64,000 nt of DNA from Deltaproteobacteria bacterium (GCA_020845895.1 JADLEX010000094.1:15897-79896); one strand, 5' to 3'. Positions 53,013-62,130 are shown, numbered from the stretch's first letter. Notes: a model not told the origin generated them from the sequence alone. Translations and numbers: made by a program.

Positions 53013-54199
53013 AGTTTACCCATTCTCGCAGGCGTCGCGATCCGTCCGATGTGCAGGCGCACCCTCACGCCGCCGTGCAGCATGGGGAAGGCGGCGTCGT
53101 AGCGCAGCCGCATCGCCTTCCACATGGCTTCGTCGGCGGTGAGCACGCCGAAGCGCCAACCGACGAAGCGCTCGCGCAAAACGTCGCCCGCCTTGGAATA
53201 GAGTGTTCCGAGCGAACCCGGCGAACCGACGCGACTACCAAAGGGCGGGTTGAAGGAGACGAGTCCCGGCTCGCGCGGGGGCGACAGGCGGTGGATCGGC
53301 ACGTGTCGTACCTCCACTTGCGAGGCGAGCCCGGCGCGGTCGAGATTGCCATGGGCGGCGGCGGCGGCCGACGCGTTCGCGTCCGCGCCGACGATGGGGG
53401 CGCGAAGCATATCCCGCGCGTTCGCCACGGCTTCTTCGCGCAGACTCGACCAGAGCTTCGCGTCGAAGTCCGCGAAGTCCATGAACGCGAAATCCCGATC
53501 GGCGCCCGGGGCGCGACGAAGCGCCCACAGAGCCGCTTCGAGCACCAGCGTGCCCGCACCGCACATGGGATCAACGAAAGGCTCGGCCGGATCGAACCCC
53601 GCATACCGCAGCATCGCCGCGGCCATGGTCTCACGCAGGGGTGCGAGGGCGGTTTCGCGCCGATGCCCGCGCCGGTGGAGCAGATCGCCCGAGGTGTCGA
53701 GCGAGATCGTGCAGGTGTTCTGGTCGAACCGCGCGAGGACGAGTACCGGCGCGCGACCGGGCTTGGGTTCTCCCAAACGCTCGCCGATGGTGTCCGAAAC
53801 GACGCTTTCGATCTTCTTGCGGATGTTCAGCTTGGACCCGTGGCTCGCGGCACGCACTTCGATGGGTGTGCCCGGAGCCAGCCAATCGACCCACGGAATG
53901 CGCCGGACCTTGCGCGCGAGTTCGGGAAACGACATCGCGACGAACTCGCCGACACGCATGAGCACACGTCCCGCGGTGCGCAGCCACAGATTCGCGCGAT
54001 AGAGGTCGCGCGACGTGCCGAGGAACTCGACCCCGCCGTGCACGGCGCGCAGCGGCTCGACGCCGATTTCGCCCATTTCGTCGTACAATGCCGGCTCGAT
54101 GCCCGGCGCGCACATCGCGAACAGGTCGAATCGGCGCTCACCCTGCGGGCGAACACCGGTGGGTTGCGAATTGTTGACGCGCCGGGGATTCGAGGGCAT
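53009..54199 (-). CDS. THUMP-domain SAM-dependent RNA methyltransferase (RlmL/TrmG10-like)
   Basis: ANLWLRTAGRV, LHRRGHR...APLRETMAAAML, DPMCGAGT, NPPFG. Confidence 0.87.
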   Translation of the reverse strand: MPSNPRRVNNSQPTGVRPQGERRFDLFAMCAPGIEPALYDEMGEIGVEPLRAVHGGVEFLGTSRDLYRANLWLRTAGRVLMRVGEFVAMSFPELARKVRRIPWVDWLAPGTPIEVRAASHGSKLNIRKKIESVVSDTIGERLGEPKPGRAPVLVLARFDQNTCTISLDTSGDLLHRRGHRRETALAPLRETMAAAMLRYAGFDPAEPFVDPMCGAGTLVLEAALWALRRAPGADRDFAFMDFADFDAKLWSSLREEAVANARDMLRAPIVGADANASAAAAAHGNLDRAGLASQVEVRHVPIHRLSPPREPGLVSFNPPFGSRVGSPGSLGTLYSKAGDVLRERFVGWRFGVLTADEAMWKAMRLRYDAAFPMLHGGVRVRLHIGRIATPARMGKL

Positions 54200-54225
54200 G
54201 AAAGGGCGCCTGCCGAGGAAAATGA

Positions 54226-56220
54226 ATGGACCGATATCGACTGATCGACACCTATACGCCGAGGGGCGACCAGCCACAAGCCATCGCGGAGCTGGTTGAG
54301 GGCGTCGGGCGCGGCGAGAAGCACCAGGTACTGTTGGGCGTGACGGGCAGCGGGAAAACGCTCACGGTCGCGAACGTCATCGCGCAAAGCGGCCGGCCCG
54401 CGCTGGTACTGGCGCACAACAAGACCCTCGCCGCCCAACTCTTCTCCGAGTTTCGGGAGCTCTTTCCCGACAACGCGGTGGAGTATTTCGTCAGCTATTA
54501 CGACTATTACCAGCCCGAGGCGTATATCCCACGCTCGGATACCTACATCGAAAAAGACAGCTCGGTGAACGAGCGCATCGACCGGCTGCGTCACTCCGCC
54601 ACACGATCGCTGCTGACGCGCCGCGACGTCATCATCGTGGCGTCGGTCTCGTGCATCTACGGCCTCGGCAGCCCGCACGAATACAACAAGATGCTCGTGG
54701 TCGTGAACAAGGGCGACCGCATGGACCGCGACCAGCTCATGCGCCGTCTAATCGAGATGCAGTACACGCGCAACGACATCGACTTTTTTCGCGGCACGTT
54801 TCGCGCGCGGGGCGATGTGCTCGAGATCTTTCCCGCCTACGAAGACGAAAAGGCGATCCGCATCGAGTTTTTCGACGAGGACGTGGAACGCATCGCCGAG
54901 ATCGACCCGCTGCGCGGCAAGGTGATCCGCGACCTTCCCCGCATCGGGATATTTCCAAACAGCCACTACGTCGCCGACCGCCCGACCATCGAGCGAGCCA
55001 TCGCGGATATCCGCGCGGAGCTCAAGGAACGCTGCGAGCAGCTCCTGTCGCTGGGCAAGCTGCTGGAGGAACAACGCCTGCGGGAGAAGACGCTCTACGA
55101 CATCGAAATGCTCGCGCAGCTCGGCTACTGCTCGGGCGTCGAAAACTACAGCCGCCACCTCGATGGCCGCGAGGCCGGCTCGCCGCCGTGGACGCTCCTC
55201 GATTACTTCCCGTCCGATTTTCTGACGTTCATCGACGAGTCGCATCAGACCGTTCCGCAGCTCAACGCCATGTACAACGGCGATCGCTCGCGCAAGACCG
55301 TGCTGGTGGAATACGGCTTCCGCCTGCCGTCGGCGCTCGACAATCGTCCGCTGCGTTTCGAGGAAATCCAGCAGCGATTCGGTCAGATCGTGTATGTCTC
55401 GGCGACGCCCGCCGCGTGGGAGCTCGAGAAGGCGGGCGGAGTGGTGGTGGAGCAGATCATCCGTCCGACGGGGCTGATGGACCCTCGCGTCGAGGTCCGG
55501 CCCGCGGGAAATCAGGTGGACGACCTGCTCGACGAGATCAAAGCCCGCATCGACAAGAACGAGCGCGTGCTCGTGACGACGTTGACCAAGCGGATGGCCG
55601 AGGATCTGACGACCTACTATCAGGATCTCGGGCTGCCCGTCCGCTACCTGCACAGGGAGATCGACACGCTCGAACGTGTCGCGATTCTGCGCGATCTGCG
55701 CCTCGGCGAATTCGCGGTGCTCGTCGGCATCAACCTGCTGCGCGAGGGCCTCGACTTGCCCGAGGTCTCGCTCGTCGCGATCCTCGACGCCGACAAGGAA
55801 GGGTTTCTGCGCTCCACGACGAGCCTCCTGCAGACTATCGGCCGTGCCGCGCGCAACGTGAACGGCACGGTGATCCTCTATGCGGATCGCATGACGGCCA
55901 GCATGAGCACGGCGCTTGACGAGACCAATCGTCGCCGCGAGACGCAGCGCCGGTACAACACGGACAACGGCATCACGCCCGAGTCGATCGTGAAGGGCGT
56001 CTCGAACGCGCTGCTGGCGATCTACGACAAGGACTACGTGACCGTGCCGACGCTCAGGCCCGAGGACGACGACCAGATCGTGCCTGCGCACATTCCGATG
56101 ATGGTCGAATCGCTGCGCCGCCAGATGAAAGCGGCGGCGAAGAGCCTCGACTTTGAGCGCGCGGCCGAGTTGCGCGATCAGATCAAGCGGCTGGAGGAGC
56201 GCGAGATCGTCGGGCTCTAA
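54226..56220 (+). CDS. uvrB: Excinuclease ABC subunit B
   Basis: [44 protein letters not shown]-terminal [12 protein letters not shown]. Confidence 0.98.
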   Translation: MDRYRLIDTYTPRGDQPQAIAELVEGVGRGEKHQVLLGVTGSGKTLTVANVIAQSGRPALVLAHNKTLAAQLFSEFRELFPDNAVEYFVSYYDYYQPEAYIPRSDTYIEKDSSVNERIDRLRHSATRSLLTRRDVIIVASVSCIYGLGSPHEYNKMLVVVNKGDRMDRDQLMRRLIEMQYTRNDIDFFRGTFRARGDVLEIFPAYEDEKAIRIEFFDEDVERIAEIDPLRGKVIRDLPRIGIFPNSHYVADRPTIERAIADIRAELKERCEQLLSLGKLLEEQRLREKTLYDIEMLAQLGYCSGVENYSRHLDGREAGSPPWTLLDYFPSDFLTFIDESHQTVPQLNAMYNGDRSRKTVLVEYGFRLPSALDNRPLRFEEIQQRFGQIVYVSATPAAWELEKAGGVVVEQIIRPTGLMDPRVEVRPAGNQVDDLLDEIKARIDKNERVLVTTLTKRMAEDLTTYYQDLGLPVRYLHREIDTLERVAILRDLRLGEFAVLVGINLLREGLDLPEVSLVAILDADKEGFLRSTTSLLQTIGRAARNVNGTVILYADRMTASMSTALDETNRRRETQRRYNTDNGITPESIVKGVSNALLAIYDKDYVTVPTLRPEDDDQIVPAHIPMMVESLRRQMKAAAKSLDFERAAELRDQIKRLEEREIVGL

Positions 56221-56250
56221 ATCTCACTTCCGGTCCTATCACTCCGCCTA

Positions 56251-56285
56251 TTGCCTTCTCGGCCACATATAGATATATTGCTATA
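56251..56285 (+). promoter_or_regulatory. Sigma-70 promoter with an overlapping ArsR-type operator
   Basis: TTGCCT(56251)-N17-TATATT(56274); inverted repeat TATAG-N8-CTATA (56268-85) spans the -10. Confidence 0.65.
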
Positions 56286-56297
56286 CAAGAGGTGGTC

Positions 56298-56633
56298 ATG
56301 GCGACCGACATGCTTCCCCAGTTCGACTTCGCGCCCTTTACGAACCGCCAGTGCGACGGCATCGCCGAGCTGCTCAAGGCGGTGGGGCACCCGGTGCGTC
56401 TTCGTGTGATCGACACGCTCGCGCGCGGTGAGATCTGCGTGGGCGATCTGGCGCTGGCGATCGGCGAGAAACAGGCGATCGTGTCGCAGCAGCTCAAGAT
56501 CCTGCGCATGGTGGGGCTCGTGAAGACCGAGCGGCGGGCTGGCAAGGCGTTCTACCGGCTCAACAACCAACACCTCTACGACCTGCTTTCGTGCATGCAC
56601 CGATGCGCGTGTTCGCAGTTTCCGGAGGAGTGA
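56298..56633 (+). CDS. ArsR/SmtB-family transcriptional repressor, Cys-rich
   Basis: KAVGHPVRL, EICVGDL, VSQQLKILR..GLV..ER.G...YRL, C-terminal SCMHRCAC. Confidence 0.9.
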   Translation: MATDMLPQFDFAPFTNRQCDGIAELLKAVGHPVRLRVIDTLARGEICVGDLALAIGEKQAIVSQQLKILRMVGLVKTERRAGKAFYRLNNQHLYDLLSCMHRCACSQFPEE

Positions 56634-56640
56634 GAAACCG

Positions 56641-56826
56641 ATGTCCGTGAACGACCTGTGGATTGTGGGCTTCCTCGTCTTCTGGATTCTGCTCCAGACG
56701 GTGATTCTGCCCAAACTGGGCGTGCCCACCTGAGCGAGCAACGCCTGTCGTCTGGATGACGGCAAAAAGCCCAAAGCGCGCGAATCCGAAAACGTCGAAA
56801 ACGCCCCCGGCCCGGAGGGAGGGTGA
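56641..56826 (+). CDS. Putative membrane-anchored small selenoprotein (61 aa, Sec at codon 31)
   Basis: MSVNDLWIVGFLVFWILLQTVILPKLGVPT-UGA(56731)-ASNACRLDDGKKPKARESENVENAPGPEGG-stop; hairpin 12 nt after the UGA; readthrough stop lies 3 nt before the next ATG. Confidence 0.7.
56746..56764 (+). other. Putative bacterial SECIS element 1
   Basis: UGUCGUC-[UGGAU]-GACGGCA (7 bp, one G:U) starting 12 nt after the UGA; G in the apical loop. Confidence 0.62.
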
Positions 56827-56829
56827 GTC

Positions 56830-57033
56830 ATGCCGATTTACGTCTATCGTTGCCGCGTCTGCGGCGAACAGTTCGATAAGCTCGTTTCGATCGGGGCCGC
56901 GAGCCAGCCCCAGACCTGCCCGCAATGCGGCGCGTTCGACGCGCAGAAGCAGATCGCCGCGCCCAGCGCGGTGCCGTCCGCGAAAGGCGGCGGATGCTCC
57001 TCGCCCGCGGGCGGCGGATTCACCTGAGGTTGA
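56830..57033 (+). CDS. FmdB-family zinc-ribbon protein, probably a selenoprotein ending ...GGGFT-U-G (otherwise stops at 57027)
   Basis: [12 protein letters not shown]...CPQCG zinc ribbon; [22 protein letters not shown]; hairpin 12 nt after the first TGA. Confidence 0.75.
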
Positions 57034-57039
57034 GGGGTG

Positions 57040-57056
57040 GGCCGCCGTGTGCGGCC
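57040..57056 (+). other. Putative bacterial SECIS element 2 (alternatively a terminator-like hairpin between convergent genes)
   Basis: GGCCGC-[CGUGU]-GCGGCC, 12 nt after UGA 57025-27; no U-tract on either strand. Confidence 0.5.
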
Positions 57057-57060
57057 GGAT

Positions 57061-58530
57061 TCACTTCTTCGGGTATTCGTCGACGATGATGCTGACGAGG
57101 TTGCGCGCCGAGACCGCCTCGCCTTCCATGCCGAGCCCGGGCAGAACCGCCTTGCCTGTGTAAAAGACGGACTTGTGCGGCGTGCGGTTGTGGAGCAGGG
57201 CGACGCCGAGTTTGTCGTCGTCGATGTTCTGCGACCATGCCTCGGCCCGCTCGATGCGATACAGCTCGTAACTTTCTTTCTTCGCGACGAAATCCGTGAA
57301 GTCGTCGAGAAACGGCATCAGTTCGCGCAGTGCGGCGTGAATGCGTTCGCAGAGCATGTCCGCTGTGCGCTCTTCCATCACACCGTTTTGCGGGCGGATC
57401 TTGATGCGGGCCGCGAGCAGGCGCTTGCCGATCGGCGCGAGGGCCTCGTCGTCCGGCGCGGAGAGGCTGATCATGATGAGGTTGTCGTCGATCAGTTCGT
57501 GCCGGGGGTCCTGAACGAGAATGACGTTCGGCCCCATCCCAACCGGCACCACATTCGCGTCGATGCCGACGTAAAGCACGAAATCGTGCCGGCCGGGGGG
57601 AGGCAGCTCAAGCTTTTCCTTGAAGTCCGACTTCAGGTGCTTGGGCGACCACGCCTTGAAGAACTCTTCCGGGTTGTCGCAGACGGCAATCGCCTTCGTC
57701 TTGATCGGTTCCTTCTGGTCGGCGAACTTGATCTCGGTGTACTTGCCGAACTCGATGTGCTCGATGGCCGGCGTGCGGTGGCACACGCCCCGATACGCCG
57801 AGATGCGCTCGCGGTAGAGCGTTTCGAGAACCTTGATGCCGCCTTCGACCTGGAAGATGCCGTTGTTGGTGAGTCCGAGCAGGTTCGCGGCGTAAGCCAG
57901 GTTCGGAGCGTCGGGATATACCGGCGATAGATACTGCACCTGACCGTCTACAAACGTCCGCGCCTCGGGCGACAGTTCGTAGCGGTCCAGGAACTCGCCG
58001 TAATCCGTGCGGATCGCCTCTTTGTAGAGGTCCGAGACGTTCGCGAGCGCTTTCTTCGCGGCGCGTCCCTCGCCCCAGGTGGACGGTGGATAGACCACGT
58101 CGTTGACGAAGAACCCGCGGATGACCTGCGCGTAGCGGTCGACGTCGCTGATGAGCGAGACGACCTTGCCCGACTCCTTGGGAAATTCAAGCGAGACGGT
58201 GCGGAACAGCTCGTCGCGCGACTGCGGGAGATCGACCCGGCGCGCGGGCGTGACGATCTGAAAACCGGGCTCCGCCATCAGAAAGCGTTTCTTGTCGAGG
58301 AACGGAATGCCGAGCTCGGTGAAGATTTCGGAAAAAATCTGGCCCTTGCCGAAACCGAAGAACATGCCGGGAAAACGGCGAAGTCGATACTCACCGATTC
58401 GTTTCACATGCGCCTGCGCCTCGACGTCCGCGATCAGCACGTTGTACCCGCGCTTGACGAGCAACGCGCCCGCGATGAGCCCGGACAAGTCCGAGCCCAA
58501 AATCGTGACGTCGAAGAGCATCCCGATCAT
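57061..58530 (-). CDS. FAD/NAD(P)-binding oxidoreductase (phytoene-dehydrogenase-like fold)
   Basis: FDVTILGSDLSGLIAGALLVKRGYNVLIAD Rossmann start, FQVEGG, C-terminal PGLGMEG; TGATG overlap with purM. Confidence 0.7.
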   Translation of the reverse strand: MIGMLFDVTILGSDLSGLIAGALLVKRGYNVLIADVEAQAHVKRIGEYRLRRFPGMFFGFGKGQIFSEIFTELGIPFLDKKRFLMAEPGFQIVTPARRVDLPQSRDELFRTVSLEFPKESGKVVSLISDVDRYAQVIRGFFVNDVVYPPSTWGEGRAAKKALANVSDLYKEAIRTDYGEFLDRYELSPEARTFVDGQVQYLSPVYPDAPNLAYAANLLGLTNNGIFQVEGGIKVLETLYRERISAYRGVCHRTPAIEHIEFGKYTEIKFADQKEPIKTKAIAVCDNPEEFFKAWSPKHLKSDFKEKLELPPPGRHDFVLYVGIDANVVPVGMGPNVILVQDPRHELIDDNLIMISLSAPDDEALAPIGKRLLAARIKIRPQNGVMEERTADMLCERIHAALRELMPFLDDFTDFVAKKESYELYRIERAEAWSQNIDDDKLGVALLHNRTPHKSVFYTGKAVLPGLGMEGEAVSARNLVSIIVDEYPKK

Positions 58531-59591
58531 CAGCCGACCACCTCGACGGCGGGGGATTCCCGGTCCTCGCGCGCGACGATTTCGCCGATCACCCACGCGC
58601 GTTCCTGCAGGCCCGAAAGCCGGATCAGGATGTTCTCGACCTCATCCTCCGGGCAGACGATCGCGAGCCCGATGCCCATGTTGAACGTGCGCCACATCTC
58701 GGCGTCGTCGATGCCGCCCGCGCGGCGAAGCGTCTCGAAGACACCCGGCGCTTCCCACGATCCGCGCTGGAAACGCACGGCCGCGCGCTCGGGTAGGATG
58801 CGCGGCACATTTTCGAGCAGACCGCCGCCCGTGATGTGCGCGACGCCCTTGATCGCGAAATTGCGCGTCAGGTTGCGCAGCGTTTTCGCATAGATGCGCG
58901 TGGGCGTCAGCAGTTCTTCGCCGACGGTCCCGCGGAATCCTTCGATGCGGTCGTCGACTGTAAGCCCGAGCTGCTCAAAAACGATCTTGCGCGCCAGCGA
59001 ATAGCCGTTGGAGTGAAGGCCGGTGCTCGCCACGCCGATCACGCGGTCGCCTTCGGCGATGCCGCTGCCGTCGATCAGCACGTCGCGGTCCACCACGCCC
59101 ACGGCGAAACCCGCGAGGTCGAACTCCCCCGCCGGGTAGAAGTCGGGCATTTCCGCCGTTTCGCCTCCGACCAGCGCGCAGCCCGCTTCCTTGCACCCCT
59201 CGGCGATGCCCTTGATCACCGAGGCGGCGGCCTGCGGTTCGAGCTTGCCGCAGGCGAAATAGTCAAGGAAAAACAGCGGTTCCGCCCCGCAGGTGATCAC
59301 ATCGTTCACGCACATTGCCACGAGGTCGATGCCGACCGTGTCTAGGCGGCCCGTCATGAATGCGATCTTGAGCTTGGTGCCCACGCCGTCGGTGCCCGAG
59401 ACGAGCAGCGGATTTTTGTAATTCAGCGTATTCAGGGCGAAAAGCGACGCAAATCCGCCGATGTCGGCCTTGACCTCGGGCCGAAAGGTGGAACGCACAT
59501 AGGGCTTGATGAGGCGCACCAACTCGTTTCCGGCGTCGATATCGACCCCGGCATCGCGATAAGACCGAAACACCTTGGTATTCAATACAAT
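58530..59591 (-). CDS. purM: Phosphoribosylformylglycinamidine cyclo-ligase (AIR synthetase)
   Basis: SYRDAGVDIDAG, SGTDGVGTKL, IDLVAMCVND, GGETAEMP, GLHSNGYSL, AHITGGG, TFNMGIG; start uncertain. Confidence 0.97.
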   Translation of the reverse strand: MVLNTKVFRSYRDAGVDIDAGNELVRLIKPYVRSTFRPEVKADIGGFASLFALNTLNYKNPLLVSGTDGVGTKLKIAFMTGRLDTVGIDLVAMCVNDVITCGAEPLFFLDYFACGKLEPQAAASVIKGIAEGCKEAGCALVGGETAEMPDFYPAGEFDLAGFAVGVVDRDVLIDGSGIAEGDRVIGVASTGLHSNGYSLARKIVFEQLGLTVDDRIEGFRGTVGEELLTPTRIYAKTLRNLTRNFAIKGVAHITGGGLLENVPRILPERAAVRFQRGSWEAPGVFETLRRAGGIDDAEMWRTFNMGIGLAIVCPEDEVENILIRLSGLQERAWVIGEIVAREDRESPAVEVVG

Positions 59592-59643
59592 CCTCAACGT
59601 GAAGGGCAGGCGGCCCCAATTGCCGAAACCGCCAAGGCCAACG

Positions 59644-59671
59644 ATCTTAGGGAGCGGTCCCGAAAAGTCAA
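59644..59671 (-). promoter_or_regulatory. Possible sigma-70 promoter of purM
   Basis: Minus strand TTGACT-N16-TAAGAT. Confidence 0.45.
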
Positions 59672-59756
59672 ACGCGGCGGGGGCATTTTTGCGCCTTCAC
59701 CCACGACATCCGGGCGACGTTCGCCGCACGGATTCGCACGTTCGACGAATCACCGT

Positions 59757-60413
59757 TCAGCGTTTCGGAAACCGGTAGTGCCCGATGATTATCCACGCGA
59801 ACAGGACGTTTTCGAGGCGCGGTCCCGCGCCGATGTTGTGGACGACGGCGGGCGTGACGCCGTCCGACGTGTCGTCGGTCAGCACCCCAATGTGCGTGAG
59901 CCCGTTGTCGAGCCGCCACGCGACCACGTCGCCTGGGGCGTAATCCGTCGGTTTGTCGGTGATCGGAAGCGAAAAGCCGCGGCGCGCGAAAAACGCCATG
60001 AGATTCGGCACGCGGCGGTGATCGATATGGGGATCGGGGCGCGGCCCGGGCCACGAGTTGGGATACGCCCCCGGCGCGGCGCGCAAGTCGTCGTGAACGA
60101 GCTTTTGCAGGTCGTGCCCCAGCGCACGGAAAATCCGCACGACCTCATCCGTGCACACGCCGCGATCGGGCGCGACGTCGCCGCCGGGAAACGGGATCTT
60201 CACATACGCGCCGTCGTACACGACCTCGTGACGTAGTCGCTCGCGCGCGGCCTCGACGATGCGCGCGGCGGTGTCGTCGGGTACGGCGAGTCGCGTCGGC
60301 GAAGCGGGGACAGGGGTCGGAGTCGGTTCCTGCGCGAATGGACGGTCACACGCCATCAAGGCCATCGTTACCGCGAGTGCGATCGCAAACGAATGCCGCT
60401 CGCCCGGGCTCAC
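59757..60413 (-). CDS. DUF1287 (YijF)-family exported protein
   Basis: YDGAY..IPFPGGDV..DRGVCTD, IDHRRVPNL, GDVVAW, THIG, VHNIGAG; signal/lipobox LMA-C. Confidence 0.85.
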   Translation of the reverse strand: MSPGERHSFAIALAVTMALMACDRPFAQEPTPTPVPASPTRLAVPDDTAARIVEAARERLRHEVVYDGAYVKIPFPGGDVAPDRGVCTDEVVRIFRALGHDLQKLVHDDLRAAPGAYPNSWPGPRPDPHIDHRRVPNLMAFFARRGFSLPITDKPTDYAPGDVVAWRLDNGLTHIGVLTDDTSDGVTPAVVHNIGAGPRLENVLFAWIIIGHYRFPKR

Positions 60414-60910
60414 AAATTTTTTCCTCCGATACGCACGATGAGTTCCACGCGCGCCGCCTGCTCCTGCGCGCCCTGCAATTCCTTGAGGATCCGTCGCCGC
60501 TCGTCCGCGTCGATACGCCCGTCGCGAAGCGCGTCCTCGACGATCCGCTGTACGTCGCCGGCTTCCGCGCCCAGACGCAACACCTCACGCAGCAGTCCCT
60601 CGTGCTCGGTGGGGAGACCGGACTCACGCACAAGCCGGTACCCCGCACGGCTCGCCGACCAACGCAGCGCCTCGACCGCAAGATCGGCGTGCCCGGCGTC
60701 CTGCAACGCGCGCCGGATCACGTCGAGCCGGTCGACCGGATTGAGCCGCCCCGCGCCGGAGAGCGACTCGGGGTCTTCCTGCCATTGCGCCACCGTCGAA
60801 TATCCGAGATTCAGCTCCGACGCGAAATGCTTGATGCCCAGCGGTTCGAACATGCGTTGCAACACGCGCCAGGACGGTTCGTCGAGGCGATCTTTTGGGG
60901 TCGTCGACAT
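60410..60910 (-). CDS. Phage regulatory CII-like (186-type) protein
   Basis: N-terminal HTH-like IKHFASELNLGYSTVAQW, NPVDRL, C-terminal EAGDV...ALRDGRIDADE..RILKE; family from memory. Confidence 0.65.
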   Translation of the reverse strand: MSTTPKDRLDEPSWRVLQRMFEPLGIKHFASELNLGYSTVAQWQEDPESLSGAGRLNPVDRLDVIRRALQDAGHADLAVEALRWSASRAGYRLVRESGLPTEHEGLLREVLRLGAEAGDVQRIVEDALRDGRIDADERRRILKELQGAQEQAARVELIVRIGGKNL

Positions 60911-61061
60911 CGTGCGCTCCGAATTTGATCGACGCCGTTGTAGCACCAAAGCGGATGTGAGGGCACAGCCGTATTCGCTGCGCCGGTCGCACGCCCGGGC
61001 GACGGGGACCCTGGCTGCCGGCGGTCGCCGATTGTTTGCCCGACGGACGATGCTGTATGCA

Positions 61062-61083
61062 AATAACCGTTTAAACGGTTATT
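61062..61083. promoter_or_regulatory. Perfect 22-bp palindrome upstream of the CII-like gene
   Basis: AATAACCGTTTAAACGGTTATT is its own reverse complement; AT-rich patch. Confidence 0.7.
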
Positions 61084-61168
61084 CGGTTACACCAATTGAT
61101 CGCCGGGGATTGGCCGGTCGGGAGATCGATTTCTGGTTGTCGCGGGGTCAGGTCTCGCCGGTCGCCGC

Positions 61169-61987
61169 TCAGAGCCCCGCCACGGTCACGGTCAACGTGG
61201 CCGCGTATCCGGCCCCATCGGGGCTCACCGCCGGCAGTGGCGGTACGGAGCCCGGCGTCACACCGTCGCTGAGGTTCGTCGTGTCCTTCTGCCCGCGCGC
61301 GTCGTAGGGGGCGGTGGCGTACACCGTCTCTGTCGCGTCTTCGGGAAAGTAGAGCTGCGACGTGGCTTCGAGCATCCCTGTCAGATGCACCTTGAAATGG
61401 ATGTGCGTGGTGCGACCGGGGTACCAACCCGGGTAGATCGTCATGAAACGCACGCGGCCATCCGCACCGGTGATCTGCGTTCCGCGCAGAAAGGTCAGCC
61501 CCGAGGTGTCGACCCCGCCGAGCTGGCCGAGGTAGCCGGAGTACACGCCATCGGCGTCGCAATGCCAGATGTCCACGGCGATGTCCTTGATCGGCTCGCA
61601 ATCCGACGCACGCTGAAGCAACAGGGTGAGCGAAAGCGCCGCCCCTGGTTTTCCCTCGGTGACGTCCTCACGGATCATGTCGAGATCGAGGAAGTAGGGG
61701 CCTTCCGTTTCCTCGGGATAAACGGTGCACGTGTTGCCGGCGTCATCGTTTCCGGCGTCGTCATCATCGGTCGAACCCGCGTCGTCGTCCGTCGCGTCGT
61801 CGTTCGACGCCGAGCCCTTCGGTGAGTCGTCGTCCCCGCCCCCGCCCCCGCAATGCACCGCCAATGCCGCCGCGGCCGCGACGCTGAGCGTGCCGGCGAG
61901 AAACGTCCTGCGCGTCGCGCGGTGGAAATCCGCCGTCGACTCGAAAGGACTCAAGGATTTTTCGTCGATCCGATCCGCATCGCCCAC
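61169..61987 (-). CDS. Intradiol ring-cleavage dioxygenase-like protein with a Tat/lipoprotein signal
   Basis: TRRTFL...AVH-C, Asp-rich linker, TEGPY, DIWHCDADGVY, TIYPGWYPGRTTHIH; GTG start after GGAGG inferred. Confidence 0.85.
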   Translation of the reverse strand: MGDADRIDEKSLSPFESTADFHRATRRTFLAGTLSVAAAAALAVHCGGGGGDDDSPKGSASNDDATDDDAGSTDDDDAGNDDAGNTCTVYPEETEGPYFLDLDMIREDVTEGKPGAALSLTLLLQRASDCEPIKDIAVDIWHCDADGVYSGYLGQLGGVDTSGLTFLRGTQITGADGRVRFMTIYPGWYPGRTTHIHFKVHLTGMLEATSQLYFPEDATETVYATAPYDARGQKDTTNLSDGVTPGSVPPLPAVSPDGAGYAATLTVTVAGL

Positions 61988-62130
61988 GTTCACCTCCGCC
62001 GCGAGATTCGTGGAGGGAATATTGTTCGGAGATCTCGGGGCGCCGAAATGACGGACGTCAGGCGAATGCATGCTCGCCCGCGGACGGATTCCCACTGCGT
62101 GGGAAAGCTCGCGCGAAGCAGGTTCGTCGC

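Noticed and set aside
59789-59797. DnaA-box-like TTATCCACG
   Set aside because: Single, mismatched and inside a coding region.
60960-61050. c-di-GMP-I riboswitch-like start (GGGCAAAC...GCGA) on the minus strand before the CII-like gene
   Set aside because: The downstream conserved GACGCAAAG/P3 elements and proper pairing are absent.
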